NCBI GenBank assembly: GCA_000004695.1 | Contig: CM000150.2 | Span: 1,696,001 to 1,760,000 of the forward strand | From: Dictyostelium discoideum | Lineage: Eukaryota | DNA length: 64,000 nucleotides | Direction: 5' to 3' | Part shown: piece after piece, positions 31,069 through 56,058 of the stretch | Position numbering within the stretch: the first letter of the stretch is position 1 | Layout of the letters: every line of letters begins with the position of its first letter | Notes under the pieces: model-generated | Seen by the model: the letters and a program-made list of their open reading frames with translations, nothing else | Told to the model about the DNA's origin: nothing | The model's database searches: none | Program-made: the position numbers and the translations under genes

Positions 31069-32832
31069 ATGAATATTAATAATAATGGAAATGATATAAA
31101 AAATAATAATAACAATAATAATTCAAATAAATTTTCAATTAGTAAATATAATTTCGATGAAAAATTTGAAAATTTTTTTATTAAAATTACAAATGGTGGT
31201 AGAGATGAATACGGTAAACCAATGTTTTTCACACCAATGGTACCAAAAGTATTATACTTTTTATTATTTTATTTATTTGGAACTCAAAGACCATTCGTAC
31301 CAATTTATTTCCGAGAGATTGGTGTGAATCCAGAAATGCTAGGTATAATATTACTATTTCCACCATTAATATCATTCATTTTCTCACCTATTTGGTCAGG
31401 AATTGCAGACTCAAAGAATGCACATAAATTCATATTCCTATTGATGACTTTTGGAACTGGATTTTGTTTTTTCCTATTAAATTTCGTGGAAAATCATATT
31501 ATAGCAACGATTGTAGTATTGGTGAATGCAATATTTTGGGCACCAATAATCCCATTAGCAGATTCAACATGTTATAAAATTTTAGGTACCCAATTCAAAG
31601 AACTATATGGTAAACAAAGAATGTATGGTAGTATTGGTTTCTCAATATCAGCAATCCTAACAGGCACCCTAATAAATTACTATGATACAGTTAATGTAGC
31701 TTGGATTAATTACCCCATCGGCTCAACACTCTTATTCATCTTTACCCTATTCTTTTTCAACACAAAACAAATTTCAAACCAATTTGAAATATTAAATAGT
31801 AAATCAGATGAACAAGATGATGATGACCAAGATGATGAAATTAAAAATAATTATATTGAAACTGAAGGAAAACAAGAAGTTCAAGTTCAAGATGTTGTTG
31901 GTGTTGTTGTTGTTGATGATGTTGATGATGGTGATGGTGATGGTCTAATTGAAAAAGAAAATAAAATGAAAATTTCATTTTTAAAAGGTGTATTAATTTT
32001 ATTATCAAATCCAAAGATTGCAATTATTTTGTTTAATTGTATTATAATTGCAAGTGGTATGAGTGTTTGTAATAATTATTTAGCATTGATTATAACAGAT
32101 GTGAGATATTTTAATTCATCAACATCTTTAGTTGGATTTGCGTCAATATTGAATGTAACATTTGAAATTGCATTCTTTTATTTCGGTAAACAATTATTGA
32201 TGAAAATTGGTATTTTCAAATTAATTATACTAGCACATTGTGCATTAATTACAAGAGTTGTAGCATATTCAATATTGTTAAGATTGAATGCAAATGGGTG
32301 GTGTATTGTACCAATTGAGTTATTACATGGTATTGTATTTGCAAGTTGTTGGAATTCAGGTAGTAGTATAATCAATGCCAATTCACCAGCAGGTTTAGAA
32401 GCGACTGGTCAAAGTCTATTCTTTGGAGTTTATATGGGATTTGGTACAAGTTTGGGTGCATTACTCGGTGGTCTCCTATTAAATAGTTACGGTCCAATAA
32501 CTATGTTTCAATTTGTAGCTGCAATTGTAACTTTTGGTTTATTAATTTTCTTAATTGCTGAATTCCTTCTATACAGTAAAGAACCACTTAAAAATAAAAA
32601 ATTATTAAAACAAAAAGAAGAAATTGAATTAAAAGAACAACAACAAAAGCAAAGTGAATCAAAAGAAAAAGAAAAAGAAAAAGAAGAAGTAGAATTAAAT
32701 TTACAATTTAATCAAATTTTAAAAGATGAACTTGAAAAAAATAAAGAATTAATTGAAGATGAAGCTAAATATAATAATTTAATAATTAATAATGTTAATG
32801 ATGAAATTATTCATAGTTCAACTTTATTATAA
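31069..32832 (+). CDS. Major facilitator superfamily transporter (MFS_1_like, MFSD6-like), 587 aa, single exon
   Basis: Twelve predicted hydrophobic helices in two halves, split by an acidic D/E/G-rich loop. The N-terminal region LFGTQRPFVPIYFREIGVNPEMLGIILLFPPLISFIFSPIWSGIADS resembles MFSD6-type MFS proteins. Confidence 0.7.
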   Translation: MNINNNGNDIKNNNNNNNSNKFSISKYNFDEKFENFFIKITNGGRDEYGKPMFFTPMVPKVLYFLLFYLFGTQRPFVPIYFREIGVNPEMLGIILLFPPLISFIFSPIWSGIADSKNAHKFIFLLMTFGTGFCFFLLNFVENHIIATIVVLVNAIFWAPIIPLADSTCYKILGTQFKELYGKQRMYGSIGFSISAILTGTLINYYDTVNVAWINYPIGSTLLFIFTLFFFNTKQISNQFEILNSKSDEQDDDDQDDEIKNNYIETEGKQEVQVQDVVGVVVVDDVDDGDGDGLIEKENKMKISFLKGVLILLSNPKIAIILFNCIIIASGMSVCNNYLALIITDVRYFNSSTSLVGFASILNVTFEIAFFYFGKQLLMKIGIFKLIILAHCALITRVVAYSILLRLNANGWCIVPIELLHGIVFASCWNSGSSIINANSPAGLEATGQSLFFGVYMGFGTSLGALLGGLLLNSYGPITMFQFVAAIVTFGLLIFLIAEFLLYSKEPLKNKKLLKQKEEIELKEQQQKQSESKEKEKEKEEVELNLQFNQILKDELEKNKELIEDEAKYNNLIINNVNDEIIHSSTLL

Positions 32833-32956
32833 ATATATATATATAAATAAACCTAGGTTTTTTTTTAATAATTAATATTGTACATTTTATTTTTTTTTTT
32901 TGGGGAATTCTGAAACTTTTTTCTTTTTTTTTTTTTTTTTTTTTTTTTTATTATTA

Positions 32957-36034
<3,078 letters not shown>

Positions 36035-36245
36035 TTTGTCTTTTATTCATTATCTTTTTCTTTTTTTTTTGAATATTTTATATTTTTATTTCTATTATAT
36101 TATTATATTATATATTATTCATGTACAATTTGAATGAAACAAATAAAAAAATTATAAAAAATAAAAAAAAAAAAAAAAAAAAATAAATTTAAAACTTTAA
36201 TTTTTATTTTTATTTTTATTTTTTATTATTTTTGTGGGTCAATGG

Positions 36246-36281
<36 letters not shown>

Positions 36282-36576
36282 TCATGGAATGACTTAAAAA
36301 ATTAACTCTTCAAAATTAAAATTTCTTCCACTCACCAAAAATTTTTGATTTTGACTGTTTAAATATTAAAATTATAATAATTTTAAAGAAAAAAAAAAAT
36401 TTTAAAAAATTAAAAATAAAAATATTTTACCCTATAAAAAATTTATTTGTTTATTTTTTTTTTTTTATCTATTTTTAAAAAAAAGAATGTTGGTCCGTGG
36501 ATTTTGGAATTTTCATCTTTTATTGGTTAACCTTTTTTAAAAAAAAAAATAAAAAAAAATAAAAAATAAAGATTAT

Positions 36577-36696
36577 CTATTCACCATTTGAATTTGAATT
36601 TGATAATCTTTCTGCTAATGATTCCATATAATATTGACTTTTAACTTTTTTCTTTTTTGTGGTTGGATTATTATCATCATTATTATTATTATCATT

Positions 36697-36727
<31 letters not shown>

Positions 36728-37340
36728 TCATTTTTATTATTATCATTTTTATTATTATTATTTAAATCATTAACAGATTGTTGATTAATTGGTGGCAAAA
36801 TTGGAGCAAAAATAGGTAAATTATTAATTTCATTTTCATCTAAACTACTCATTGAATTTAAACAATTGATTAATGAATATGGTGAAAATGGTATCATTGT
36901 TGATTGTTTTCCATTTATTGTTGTTTGTATTGAGTTTAAACTTGTAAACAAAGAACTATCAATATTATTACCATTTGTTGTTGTTGCTGTTGTTGGTATT
37001 GGCGTTGATGTTGATGTAGAAACATTGTTATTATTATTATTATTATTATTATATTTATTATTGGAATAATTTGAAATTGATTTTGATACTTTTGGTTTCA
37101 TTATTGTAATTGGTGAAGAATTTGTTGTATTTGATTTACTTTTTGAAGTTGATTGAGAAGGAAATAAATTATCAATTGTTGGTTCAATTTTCAATCTTGG
37201 AGTTCTTGTTGATTTGTATTTAAACGTAGACATTAGCTCTTTTTGTGAAACTCCATTACCACTTAAGCCACTATTTCCAACATTACTTGGTACCAATGAA
37301 TGTTTATATTTTGCACTATATCTATGATGAGTTTTTTTAA

Positions 37341-37377
<37 letters not shown>

Positions 37378-37416
37378 TAAATCTTCGCTACTATTATTTT
37401 TATTATTTTCATTCAT
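36577..37416 (-). CDS. Low-complexity N/S/T-rich hypothetical protein, 279 aa
   Basis: ORF of non-trivial length with Dictyostelium-typical poly-N tracts. The non-repetitive core (KKTHHRYSAKYKHSLVPSNVGNSGLSGNGVSQKELMSTFKYKSTRTPRLKIEPTIDNLFP) keeps it from being pure repeat, but there is no homology I can recognise. Confidence 0.35.
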
Positions 37417-37948
37417 TTTTCCTTTTTTATTATAAAATATAAAAAATTGGAAATCTAAAAAAAAAAAAAAATTAATTAAACAATTTTTTAAAAAAAAATT
37501 AATAAAAAAAAAAAAAATAAAAAATAATTGGGTTAAGAATATATTTTTATTATCTTTTAAATTTGTGGAATCAAAAAAATAAAATAAAAAAAAAAAAAAG
37601 TGTTTAAAAAATATTTCATTTACAAAGAAAAGGATTAAAAAAAAATAAAATAATAAATAAAATTAAAAATTAAATAAATAAAAAAAAATATAACCAAATA
37701 AGAAAAAAAAAAAAAAAAAATGAAAATGAAAAGACAATATTGGTTTTAAATTGTTAAAATAAGTTTTTTTTTTTTTTAAATATGAATTATAATTTATATT
37801 TTTTTATTTTTTTTTTTTTTTTTTTTTTTTTTATTTTATTTTATTTTATTTTATTTTATTTTATTTTATTTTTTTTTTTTTTTTTAGTTTGAACCTTTGG
37901 TTGAGTGAGAGAAGTGGAGATAGGAAAAAAGAATTTTTAAAAATGAAT

Positions 37949-39414
37949 TTATTGAGCTTCAACTTCAACATTTTTATTTTCAGTTGAATTTGAGGTAGCG
38001 TTGTCATCAATTGGAGCAACTGGAGTTGGTTCTTCAGTGGTGGTGGTAACTTTTTCATCAGCAGATTTTTCTTTTTCAGCAGTGGTGGTGGTAGCGGCAG
38101 TAGCAGCAGCTTCTTTATCAGCTTTGGCTTTTGCTAATCTTTCTTCCATTTGAGTTGCAGATAATTTTGAATAATGATCTTTCTTTGATTTAATTTGGTC
38201 AATATATTCAGGGATATCAGAGTATTTTGGTGGTGGAGCCATTGAGAGTTTTTCGAAATCAGAGAAGATCTCTAATGGATGTCTGATGGTATCTGGTTGA
38301 GCTTTTGGTTGTTGTTGTTGGAGTGCTTTCTTCTTTGGATTTTCACGATTCTTTGAGACTTTCTCCTTTTTGACGAGAACGAAACCCTCTTCAATTTCAG
38401 CGATATTACGATCCAAAGCAGATTGTTCATTGGTGGTTTCCTTTGGAGTGATAGCTTTGAGATAAGAGATGAGAGAATCACAATTGTTCATTTCCTTCTC
38501 GTAAGGTACTTTGAGGAGATCCTCTTGGATTCTTTTCTCCTCTTCGGCTTTCTTCTTTTCGAGGAGTTCTTGTCTACGTTGTTCTTGTTCGAGTTTACGT
38601 TGTTCTTGTTCGAGTTTACGTTGTTCCTTACGTTTGACGACGTGAGCCTCGAGCAAAGCCTTCTCCTCCTCGATATCCTTTTTAATCTCCTCGATGAAGC
38701 CACGAGAGGCAACAAACTTGTCGTTGTTCTCCTTGATCTCTGTCTCAACGTCTTTACGTTGTTGTTTGAGTTCCTTGAGAACGGCCTCTTGCTTCTCTCT
38801 TGGCTCCTCTGGCTTGATTTGAGCGCTCAACTCGTTGACTTGAGCTTTTTGTTCAGTGACTTGTTTCTTGATCTTTTCAAACTCGTTCTTGACTCCATAG
38901 TATTCGGTGACGTATTTCTTGCTGGAATTGACTTGAGACAATTTCTTCAAGAGGGCACGTTGTTGGTTTGGGTTGGTCTCATTCTCGACTTGCTCTTCCA
39001 ATTCACGAATTCTCTCTTCGATTGAACACATGGTGTCAACCTCTTCGGCGTTCTTGCTGATCTTTATTGGTAATTGGTCTTCGAGACTGATCAATATCTT
39101 CTTCTTCTCCTCTTGTGTTGCCATCAAGGCCTTTAAGGTATTACGTGCCTCAATGGTTTGGGCTTTCATTGGATCTGATGTACGACTCTTATTACCTTCA
39201 TAAATCTTTTCGATTGACTCTTTGTATCCAGTATGTTTCTTTTTTAATTCAACCATATCTTTCTTTAAATTTTCTAAATTATTATTAATCTCTACTATTT
39301 TATTTCTAAGTTCATTAATTCTCTTTTGATGTGCATCATAAACTGGATCTGGTGGGTATTTATTATCTTTATTATCTGAATTTGTATTATTATTATTACC
39401 GTCTCTATTATTTA

Positions 39415-39448
<34 letters not shown>

Positions 39449-39538
39449 GTTTTGTTTTTTTTCACCACCTTTGGTGTTATTATTTTTATTATTTGTAGTG
39501 GTAGTAGTTGTAGTTTTTTTAACTGATTTATCTGACAT
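37949..39538 (-). CDS. K/E-rich coiled-coil protein, possibly of the Bfr1/nuclear-segregation family, 529 aa
   Basis: Single ORF (…YKESIEKIYEGNKSRTSDPMKAQTIEARNTLKALMATQEEKK…KRKEQRKLEQEQRKLEQEQRRQELLEKKKAEEEKR…). GC content and GC3 are markedly higher than in neighbouring genes (for example ctcctcgatatcctttttaatctcctcgatgaagccacgagaggc). That pattern matches the codon bias of highly expressed Dictyostelium genes. Confidence 0.65.
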
Positions 39539-39971
39539 TTTTTAAATTATATATATATTTTGTTTTTTTTTTGTTTTTGTTTTTTGATAATAATAATTTT
39601 CAATCTCTTTTTTTATGAATGTAATATTATATGTTTTATGTTATTTATTTGATATTATAAAAAATTAATTTATAAATAAAATAAAAGAGGTTTGGAAGAA
39701 AAAAAAAAAAAAAAGAAAAATTATTATAACTTTTTTTAGAATACAAAAAGATGAAAAAAAATAAAAATAAAAAAAAAAAAATTTTAAAAAAAAAAAAAAT
39801 TCACACTTTTTTTTTTTTTTTATTTTTTTTTATTTTTTTTTTTTAATATTGGCATGATCTTTTTTTCAACAAAAGTCAATTTTTTTTTTTTTTATATTTT
39901 TAATTTGTCAAATGACAGTGCATGTTGTCAGTTATCACCCAATTTTTTCCATTTCCATTTCCATTTCAAGG

Positions 39972-40030
<59 letters not shown>

Positions 40031-40429
40031 CATAAAATATAATAAAAAATATATTTTTTTTTTTATTTTTTTTTTTAAAAAAAAAAATTATTTTCTTTAT
40101 TTGGTTTTTTTTTTTTTTAAACCAGAAGAGTTATTTTTATCCTCCCTTAAAGAATTTATAGTTGGTTGGAAATATAATTGAATTAATAAAATAAAATTTG
40201 AAATAAATAACATTAGTGAACTTGTTGAAGTTGATGGATATGTATTCCAAGCATATTCAGTAATACACATAAATCCAATTCTAAAAAATATAAAAAAAAA
40301 AAAAAAAAAAAAAAAATAATTAGTAATGTAGTTCTTAAAATAAAAAATAAAAATAAAATTTTTTTTTTTTCGATCATCTGATTGTTGTTGACGACATCTG
40401 CACCAAAAAAAAAATTATTTTTCGTTTTC

Positions 40430-40489
40430 ATTTTTTTTTTTTTTTTTTTCCACTTTTTTTTTTTTTTTCCATTTTTTTTTTTTTTTTTT

Positions 40490-40530
<41 letters not shown>
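40430..40530. repeat. Periodic CCA(T)13-16 minisatellite, 4 units
   Basis: …ttccac(t)16ccat(t)15ccat(t)~40. Regular C-punctuated oligo(T) tracts lie between the Bfr1-like gene and ALG3. Confidence 0.8.
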
Positions 40531-40532
<2 letters not shown>

Positions 40533-40556
40533 ATTGATTAAAAAAAAATATATTAC

Positions 40557-41372
40557 TTACTTTAAAAATAAATTATAATTTGTTGACCAAAGTAAAAATG
40601 GTAATGTGTGGAAATACCATAAATAAAATTGATAATGTAATGATCTTGAGAATGTAACACCAATAAGATTAATAGTAAACATTATCAATAAAATATAATT
40701 TACCGATAAAAGTTTTGGATTTTGATTAATACTACCTCTTTTTAATATATTTGAAATACCACCTTGTTCTTTCCTAAAATAATAAAATTTAATTAATAAA
40801 ATTAATATTATTATTATTATTTATTATATTATTATTTGAATTTGAATTTGAATTTGAATATTTGTATATATAAACTTACTTTATATATTTTATAAAAAAT
40901 AAAATTATAAATAATAAATGAATTGATAATAAGAATAAAGCCCAAGATTTGTTGAGGAAAAGATGTTCAGGTAAGAATCTCCAATTTACAGTCCATTTGT
41001 ATAAGAATTGACGAGAGAATTCGAAAGCACGTAATAGATAACCTTGAGGATTAACCATCAGGAATGGAATTGCTAATAACACTTGAACCAAGCCACAAAT
41101 CATTAGTTTTGGTATAGTTCTCCAAATACCAAATGTTGACAATAACAAAAACAATAAAGCTGGTGAGTATAATAGTACATTCATCTTTACACTAACTGAA
41201 CAACTGAAAAATAAACAACCTAAATTCCATCTACCTTTAATTATTAAATATAATGAAATATAAAATAATAACATTGATATACAATCATTAAACATACGAA
41301 GTGCAAATATTGAATGAATTCTTTTTGATAAACATAAAAATATTATAATATAAAATGGTATTTTTAAAAATA

Positions 41373-41421
<49 letters not shown>

Positions 41422-41900
41422 TGATTTATTTGTGATTTGTTTAATAGATTCTTTAATTGATTCACCATAAATTGAAAATACTATAAATGTTAATAATATA
41501 TAAATTGCTGCAAATATATATTGTGCTTTTAATATATTTAATCCATTTTCTGTTAAATTATATAATAAACTGAAAACATATAAATGTCCAGCTGGATAGA
41601 CACATGGTCCTGTATCTCCTTCAATCTTTGTATAATCATAAATTCCTTTTAAAAATACTTCAACTTGTTGAACATATGTACTCCAATCAATTTCTGTATC
41701 TACATATATATACATATGTTAATGATGTTCATCATCTTATTATTATTATTAATTAGTGTTTGTTTGTTGTACTTACATTTTACATAATCAATGATTATTT
41801 TATTAATACATAGTTCATAAATCATTAAAAATGATGCTAATGTATAAAAACATTTGATTTGATTATTTTTAATGAATGGAAGAACTTTATTTTCGATCAT
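40557..41900 (-). CDS. alg3: ALG3 (dolichyl-P-Man:Man5GlcNAc2-PP-dolichol alpha-1,3-mannosyltransferase), 3 exons (41900..41777, 41699..40880, 40773..40557), about 386 aa
   Basis: Exon 2 encodes [14 protein letters not shown]…[18 protein letters not shown], the ALG3 N-terminal signature. Exon 3 encodes [19 protein letters not shown], the ALG3 C-terminal signature. Donors AAAAT|gtaagtac and ATAAA|gtaagttt with acceptors tatgtag| and tattttag| satisfy phases 1 and 2. Confidence 0.8.
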
Positions 41901-42890
41901 GATCTTGAATTTTGTTGATTTTCCACAAACATTAATAAAAAAAAAAAAAAAAAATAAAAAAAAATTTTAAAAATTAAAAAAAAAAAAAAAAAAAAAAAAA
42001 TAAAAAAATAAAATCTTTTTTTATTTTTACATTTGTTTATTTTGTTTTTTTGTTTTTTTTTTTTATTATTTTTTTTAATTTTTTAAATGATAAACAACCA
42101 AAAAAAGAAAAAACAATTCCCAATAATTAAATTTGTTTTTATTCAAAAATTTTATTAAAAAAAAAAAAAAAAATTGCACATGGTGTTTGTTAACTTCATC
42201 AAAATTTAATATACATTTCACCCAAAATTTTTTTTTTTCTCTTTTTTTTAAAACACTAAACACTACTTACATATGGTCATCCTAACATTTGTATAAAAAT
42301 TTAAAAAAAAAAAAAAAAAAATATAAAAAAAAAAAATAATATAAAAAAAAACAATTAATTAAAAAAAAAAAAAAAAAAAAAAACAAATTATTGTGTGTAT
42401 TTCATTTTTTTAATTTTATTTTATTTTTTTTTTTGTTAATTATTATTAATATAAGAAGTTTTTTTTTTTTTTTTTTTTTTTTGAACCATTAAATAACTTC
42501 ATCATTCATAATATTGTTAGTATTTTTATATTAATGATTTTTGTTTGTTGTTGGACTTTAATATAAAAAAAAAAATAAAAAAATAAAAAAATAAAAAAAA
42601 AATAATATATAATATAAATTAAAATTTTAAACATTAAATGATTGTATAATAATAGAAATAGTAATAACAAAAAAAAGTAATAAAATAATAAAGTAATAAT
42701 TGTTCAAAATTAGATAAATTTAAAAAATAATAAATAAAAATAAATAAAAATAAAATAAAAAATAAAAAAAAAAAAAATAAAAAAAATAAAAAAAATAAAA
42801 AAATATATTAATAAAAAAAAAAATATATTAAAAAAAAAAAATAAAAAAAGAAAAAAAAAAAAAAAAAAATAAACATTTTTTTAAAACAAA

Positions 42891-49341
<6,451 letters not shown>

Positions 49342-51124
49342 AATAAAAAAAAAATAAAAATAAAAATAAAAAAAAAAAAAAAAATAATAATGTAATGATA
49401 AAATAATAATAATAACAATAATAAATAAATAATAATACTACTTTTTTTTTTTTTTTTTAATATTTAAATCGTGATCCAATCAAAAATATAAAAAATTATT
49501 TTTAATTTGATTTATTATCTATTAATCAATGAATAAAAATTTTTTTAATCCAGATAAAATAAAAGTTCGATTCATATTAATTAATGGTAAAACTGACAAT
49601 TATGATTTTTTGAAGTTTTAATAAATTTCAAATTTTATTTCATTTAAAATATAAAAATTTATAATATAAATTTTATTTATTTTATTAATTAAAAATTCAA
49701 ATAAAAACAATAATTTGATTTTTTTTAAATCTTTCCATTTAGTCATCTAGATAATTCCAAAATCTAACCCTAAAAAATTTAAATCCTCAAATCCAAACTA
49801 TTTTTTATTTTATTAAAAATTTTGAAAATTGTAAAACGAAATCAAAAATAATAAAATGACTCCACACTTATTAAACAATAAAAAAAAAATAAAAAAAATT
49901 AAACACAAAACAGACAAATAAAATAAAAAAATAATTGTGTTTTTATTAATTTTAAAGATATACCGAATTTTATAAAAATCAAAAAAAAAACTAACCCATG
50001 TATATATATGTATATATATAATAAAAAAAAAATAATTAACTTTGGTATTATTTTATTTATTTTGGTTGTTTTGATTAAATTGGGTTATGCTTATGTAGTG
50101 AAAATCAACCAAAAATGATAATTATATATAAAAAAAAAATAATAAATAATTATTTTTAGTTTAACCCGAAATAATTTTAACCTCAGATCTAAAATGATTT
50201 AATTTTTATTATTTTTTTACTTAAACAAGGGGTGGTTGGTAGTTTTTAAAAAATAATGAAAAAAAAAAAAAAAAAAGGTTAACAACTTAAAGAGTTGTTT
50301 TTTTTAGTGTTTTGAATTACTTTTTACCACATTCTATCATTGATCAGTTTCAAAAACATGATCATTTAATAATTAACTAACAAATCTTGGTTTATTAACA
50401 TTTAAAAGTTTTTGTTCTGAAAAAAAAAATAAACTAAAATAAAATAATAATAAAAAAAAAAAAAAAAAAATGTTGCCATACACAAATATATTCATTCATT
50501 CTCTGATTTTTAAAAAAATAGGAAATAATCTAAATTTTTATAATAAAAATCCAATGAATATATCACCTCAAATTTATTAAATTATACGTCTACTCTCTCT
50601 CTCTCTTTTTAAAATTTTACATATTTAAATTATTTCAAATTTGTAAAAATTAAAATTTTATTTAAAATAAAATATTATACAAAAAAAAAAAAAAAAAAAA
50701 AAAAACTATAAATACCAATTTTAAAAATAAATTTTTTTTCATTATTAACTTATTTATTTATTTATTTATTTATTTAAAAAAAAAAAAAAAAAAAACAATT
50801 TAAACTTTATTACATTTTATTATTTTAAAATATGGCAATTTTTAGTAAATATTTTTTTTTATTAGAAATAAAAAATAAAAAGATTAATAAAAATATTAAC
50901 AAATATAAATTAAAATTTTTTAAAGATAATATTTCAAAAAATTCATTAAATATTAAATCAAATAATTTAATTATTAATCAAAATTTTAATCAAAATTTAA
51001 ATCATACCCAAAATAATATTACAAGAATGTATACTTCAAGTAAATGGGTTTATGTTTCATTTTATTATGAAAGAAATTCTTGTTCTCTTGGTAGTTATTA
51101 TTAAAATAAATATTTTTTTTAAAA

Positions 51125-51172
<48 letters not shown>

Positions 51173-51428
51173 TTCATAAATCATTTATTTAATTATTTTA
51201 AATAAAAAAAAAAAAAAAGTAATATTAAATTTGTTATATTAATACAAAAAAAAAAAAAAAGAGAAATTACATTATTATTATTTTTTTTTTTTATTTAATT
51301 TTAATGATTAAAAAAAAAATTGTAATTTCGTTAGTTATTACCCATTTTATTTTTACCAAAATTTTATAAATGATTAAGAAATTTGATTTATCTTTTTTTT
51401 TTTTTTTTTTAAATAAATCACTAGTCGA

Positions 51429-51461
<33 letters not shown>

Positions 51462-51505
51462 TTATCAGTAATATTATGCGTATAATGAGTATTGGTATTT
51501 TTTTT

Positions 51506-54802
<3,297 letters not shown>

Positions 54803-54964
54803 ATTTAAAATTATTACTACCTTTTTTTAAAAATTATTTAGTAGTAACAATAGTACCTTTTTTATTTTTTGAAAAAAGAAAAAAAAAAAATTTTAAAAAA
54901 AAAAAAATTTAAAAAAAAAATAATTTTATTTTAGGCAAATAATTATTTTTTGAAAAAAAAAAAA

Positions 54965-54995
<31 letters not shown>

Positions 54996-55036
54996 TTTAA
55001 AAAAGGCGGGATGTTTGAAATATATAATAAAATAAA

Positions 55037-55082
<46 letters not shown>

Positions 55083-55139
55083 AAAAAATTTTCTTTATTA
55101 ATTTTTTGTTTAGAAAAAAAAAAAAATAAATAAAAGAAT

Positions 55140-55197
<58 letters not shown>

Positions 55198-55520
55198 TAA
55201 TAACAATAATAAAAACCAAACACCATCACACACCATTAAAAATTGCTTAATCAAAAATTTTTTTTTTTATTTTTTTTGTTTTTGCTTTATTCCCAAAATT
55301 ACAATGATTTTTTTTGTTTTTTTAATTTTTTAATTTTTTAATTTTATTTAAACATTATTATTTTTTTTATTATTTTTTTTTTTTATTTTTTTTATTACTT
55401 TTTTAATTTATTCTTTTTTAATATATTTGTTTTATTAAAATGATTTTTTTTTTTTTTTGATTAAACAAAATGAAACGCAACTTTTCCAGAGGTCTTTTTT
55501 TTAATTTTTTTATTTTTTTT

Positions 55521-55565
<45 letters not shown>

Positions 55566-55918
55566 CAAAAAAATCTTTTTTTATATTTTTTTTTAATTTT
55601 TTTTTTCAATATATTTAAAACCACACACAAAAAAAAAGTATAATTATAGATCAACCGAGATTATTAATATTATTATCATTATAGTTTTTTTATAATTTTT
55701 TTTATAATATCTCAATATTAAATTGTGTTTGTGTGTATTTTAAAATTTATTGTGTGTTATATGTATGCTTATAATTCATACCATTAAAAAAATTTAAAAA
55801 AAAAAAATATATTCACATAAAATATAAATATATTTAATTTTTTTTTTTTTTTAAAAAAAAAAAAAACAATATTTTGTAGAACATTTGCGTGTGTGTGTGT
55901 ATATTGTATATTTATTTG

Positions 55919-55952
<34 letters not shown>

Positions 55953-56058
55953 TTCTATAAAAGTGTAATTGTATATAAAAACTAGAATAAAATAATAATA
56001 ATAATAATAATAATAAAATTAAAAACATAATAGCTTCCTCCCCATAAAATACAACAAA

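Noticed and set aside
38423-39203. Plus-strand ORFs of 200 and 76 aa, with a minus-strand alternative-frame ORF of 86 aa (38488..38748), overlapping the K/E-rich coiled-coil gene
   Set aside because: They are Leu/Phe-rich readings of AAG/GAA-rich coding sequence, or an alternative frame of it, and have no independent signal.
50832-51104. 90-aa plus-strand ORF in an AT-rich intergenic region
   Set aside because: N/K/I-rich, no splice or promoter context. ORFs of this kind occur by chance at this composition.
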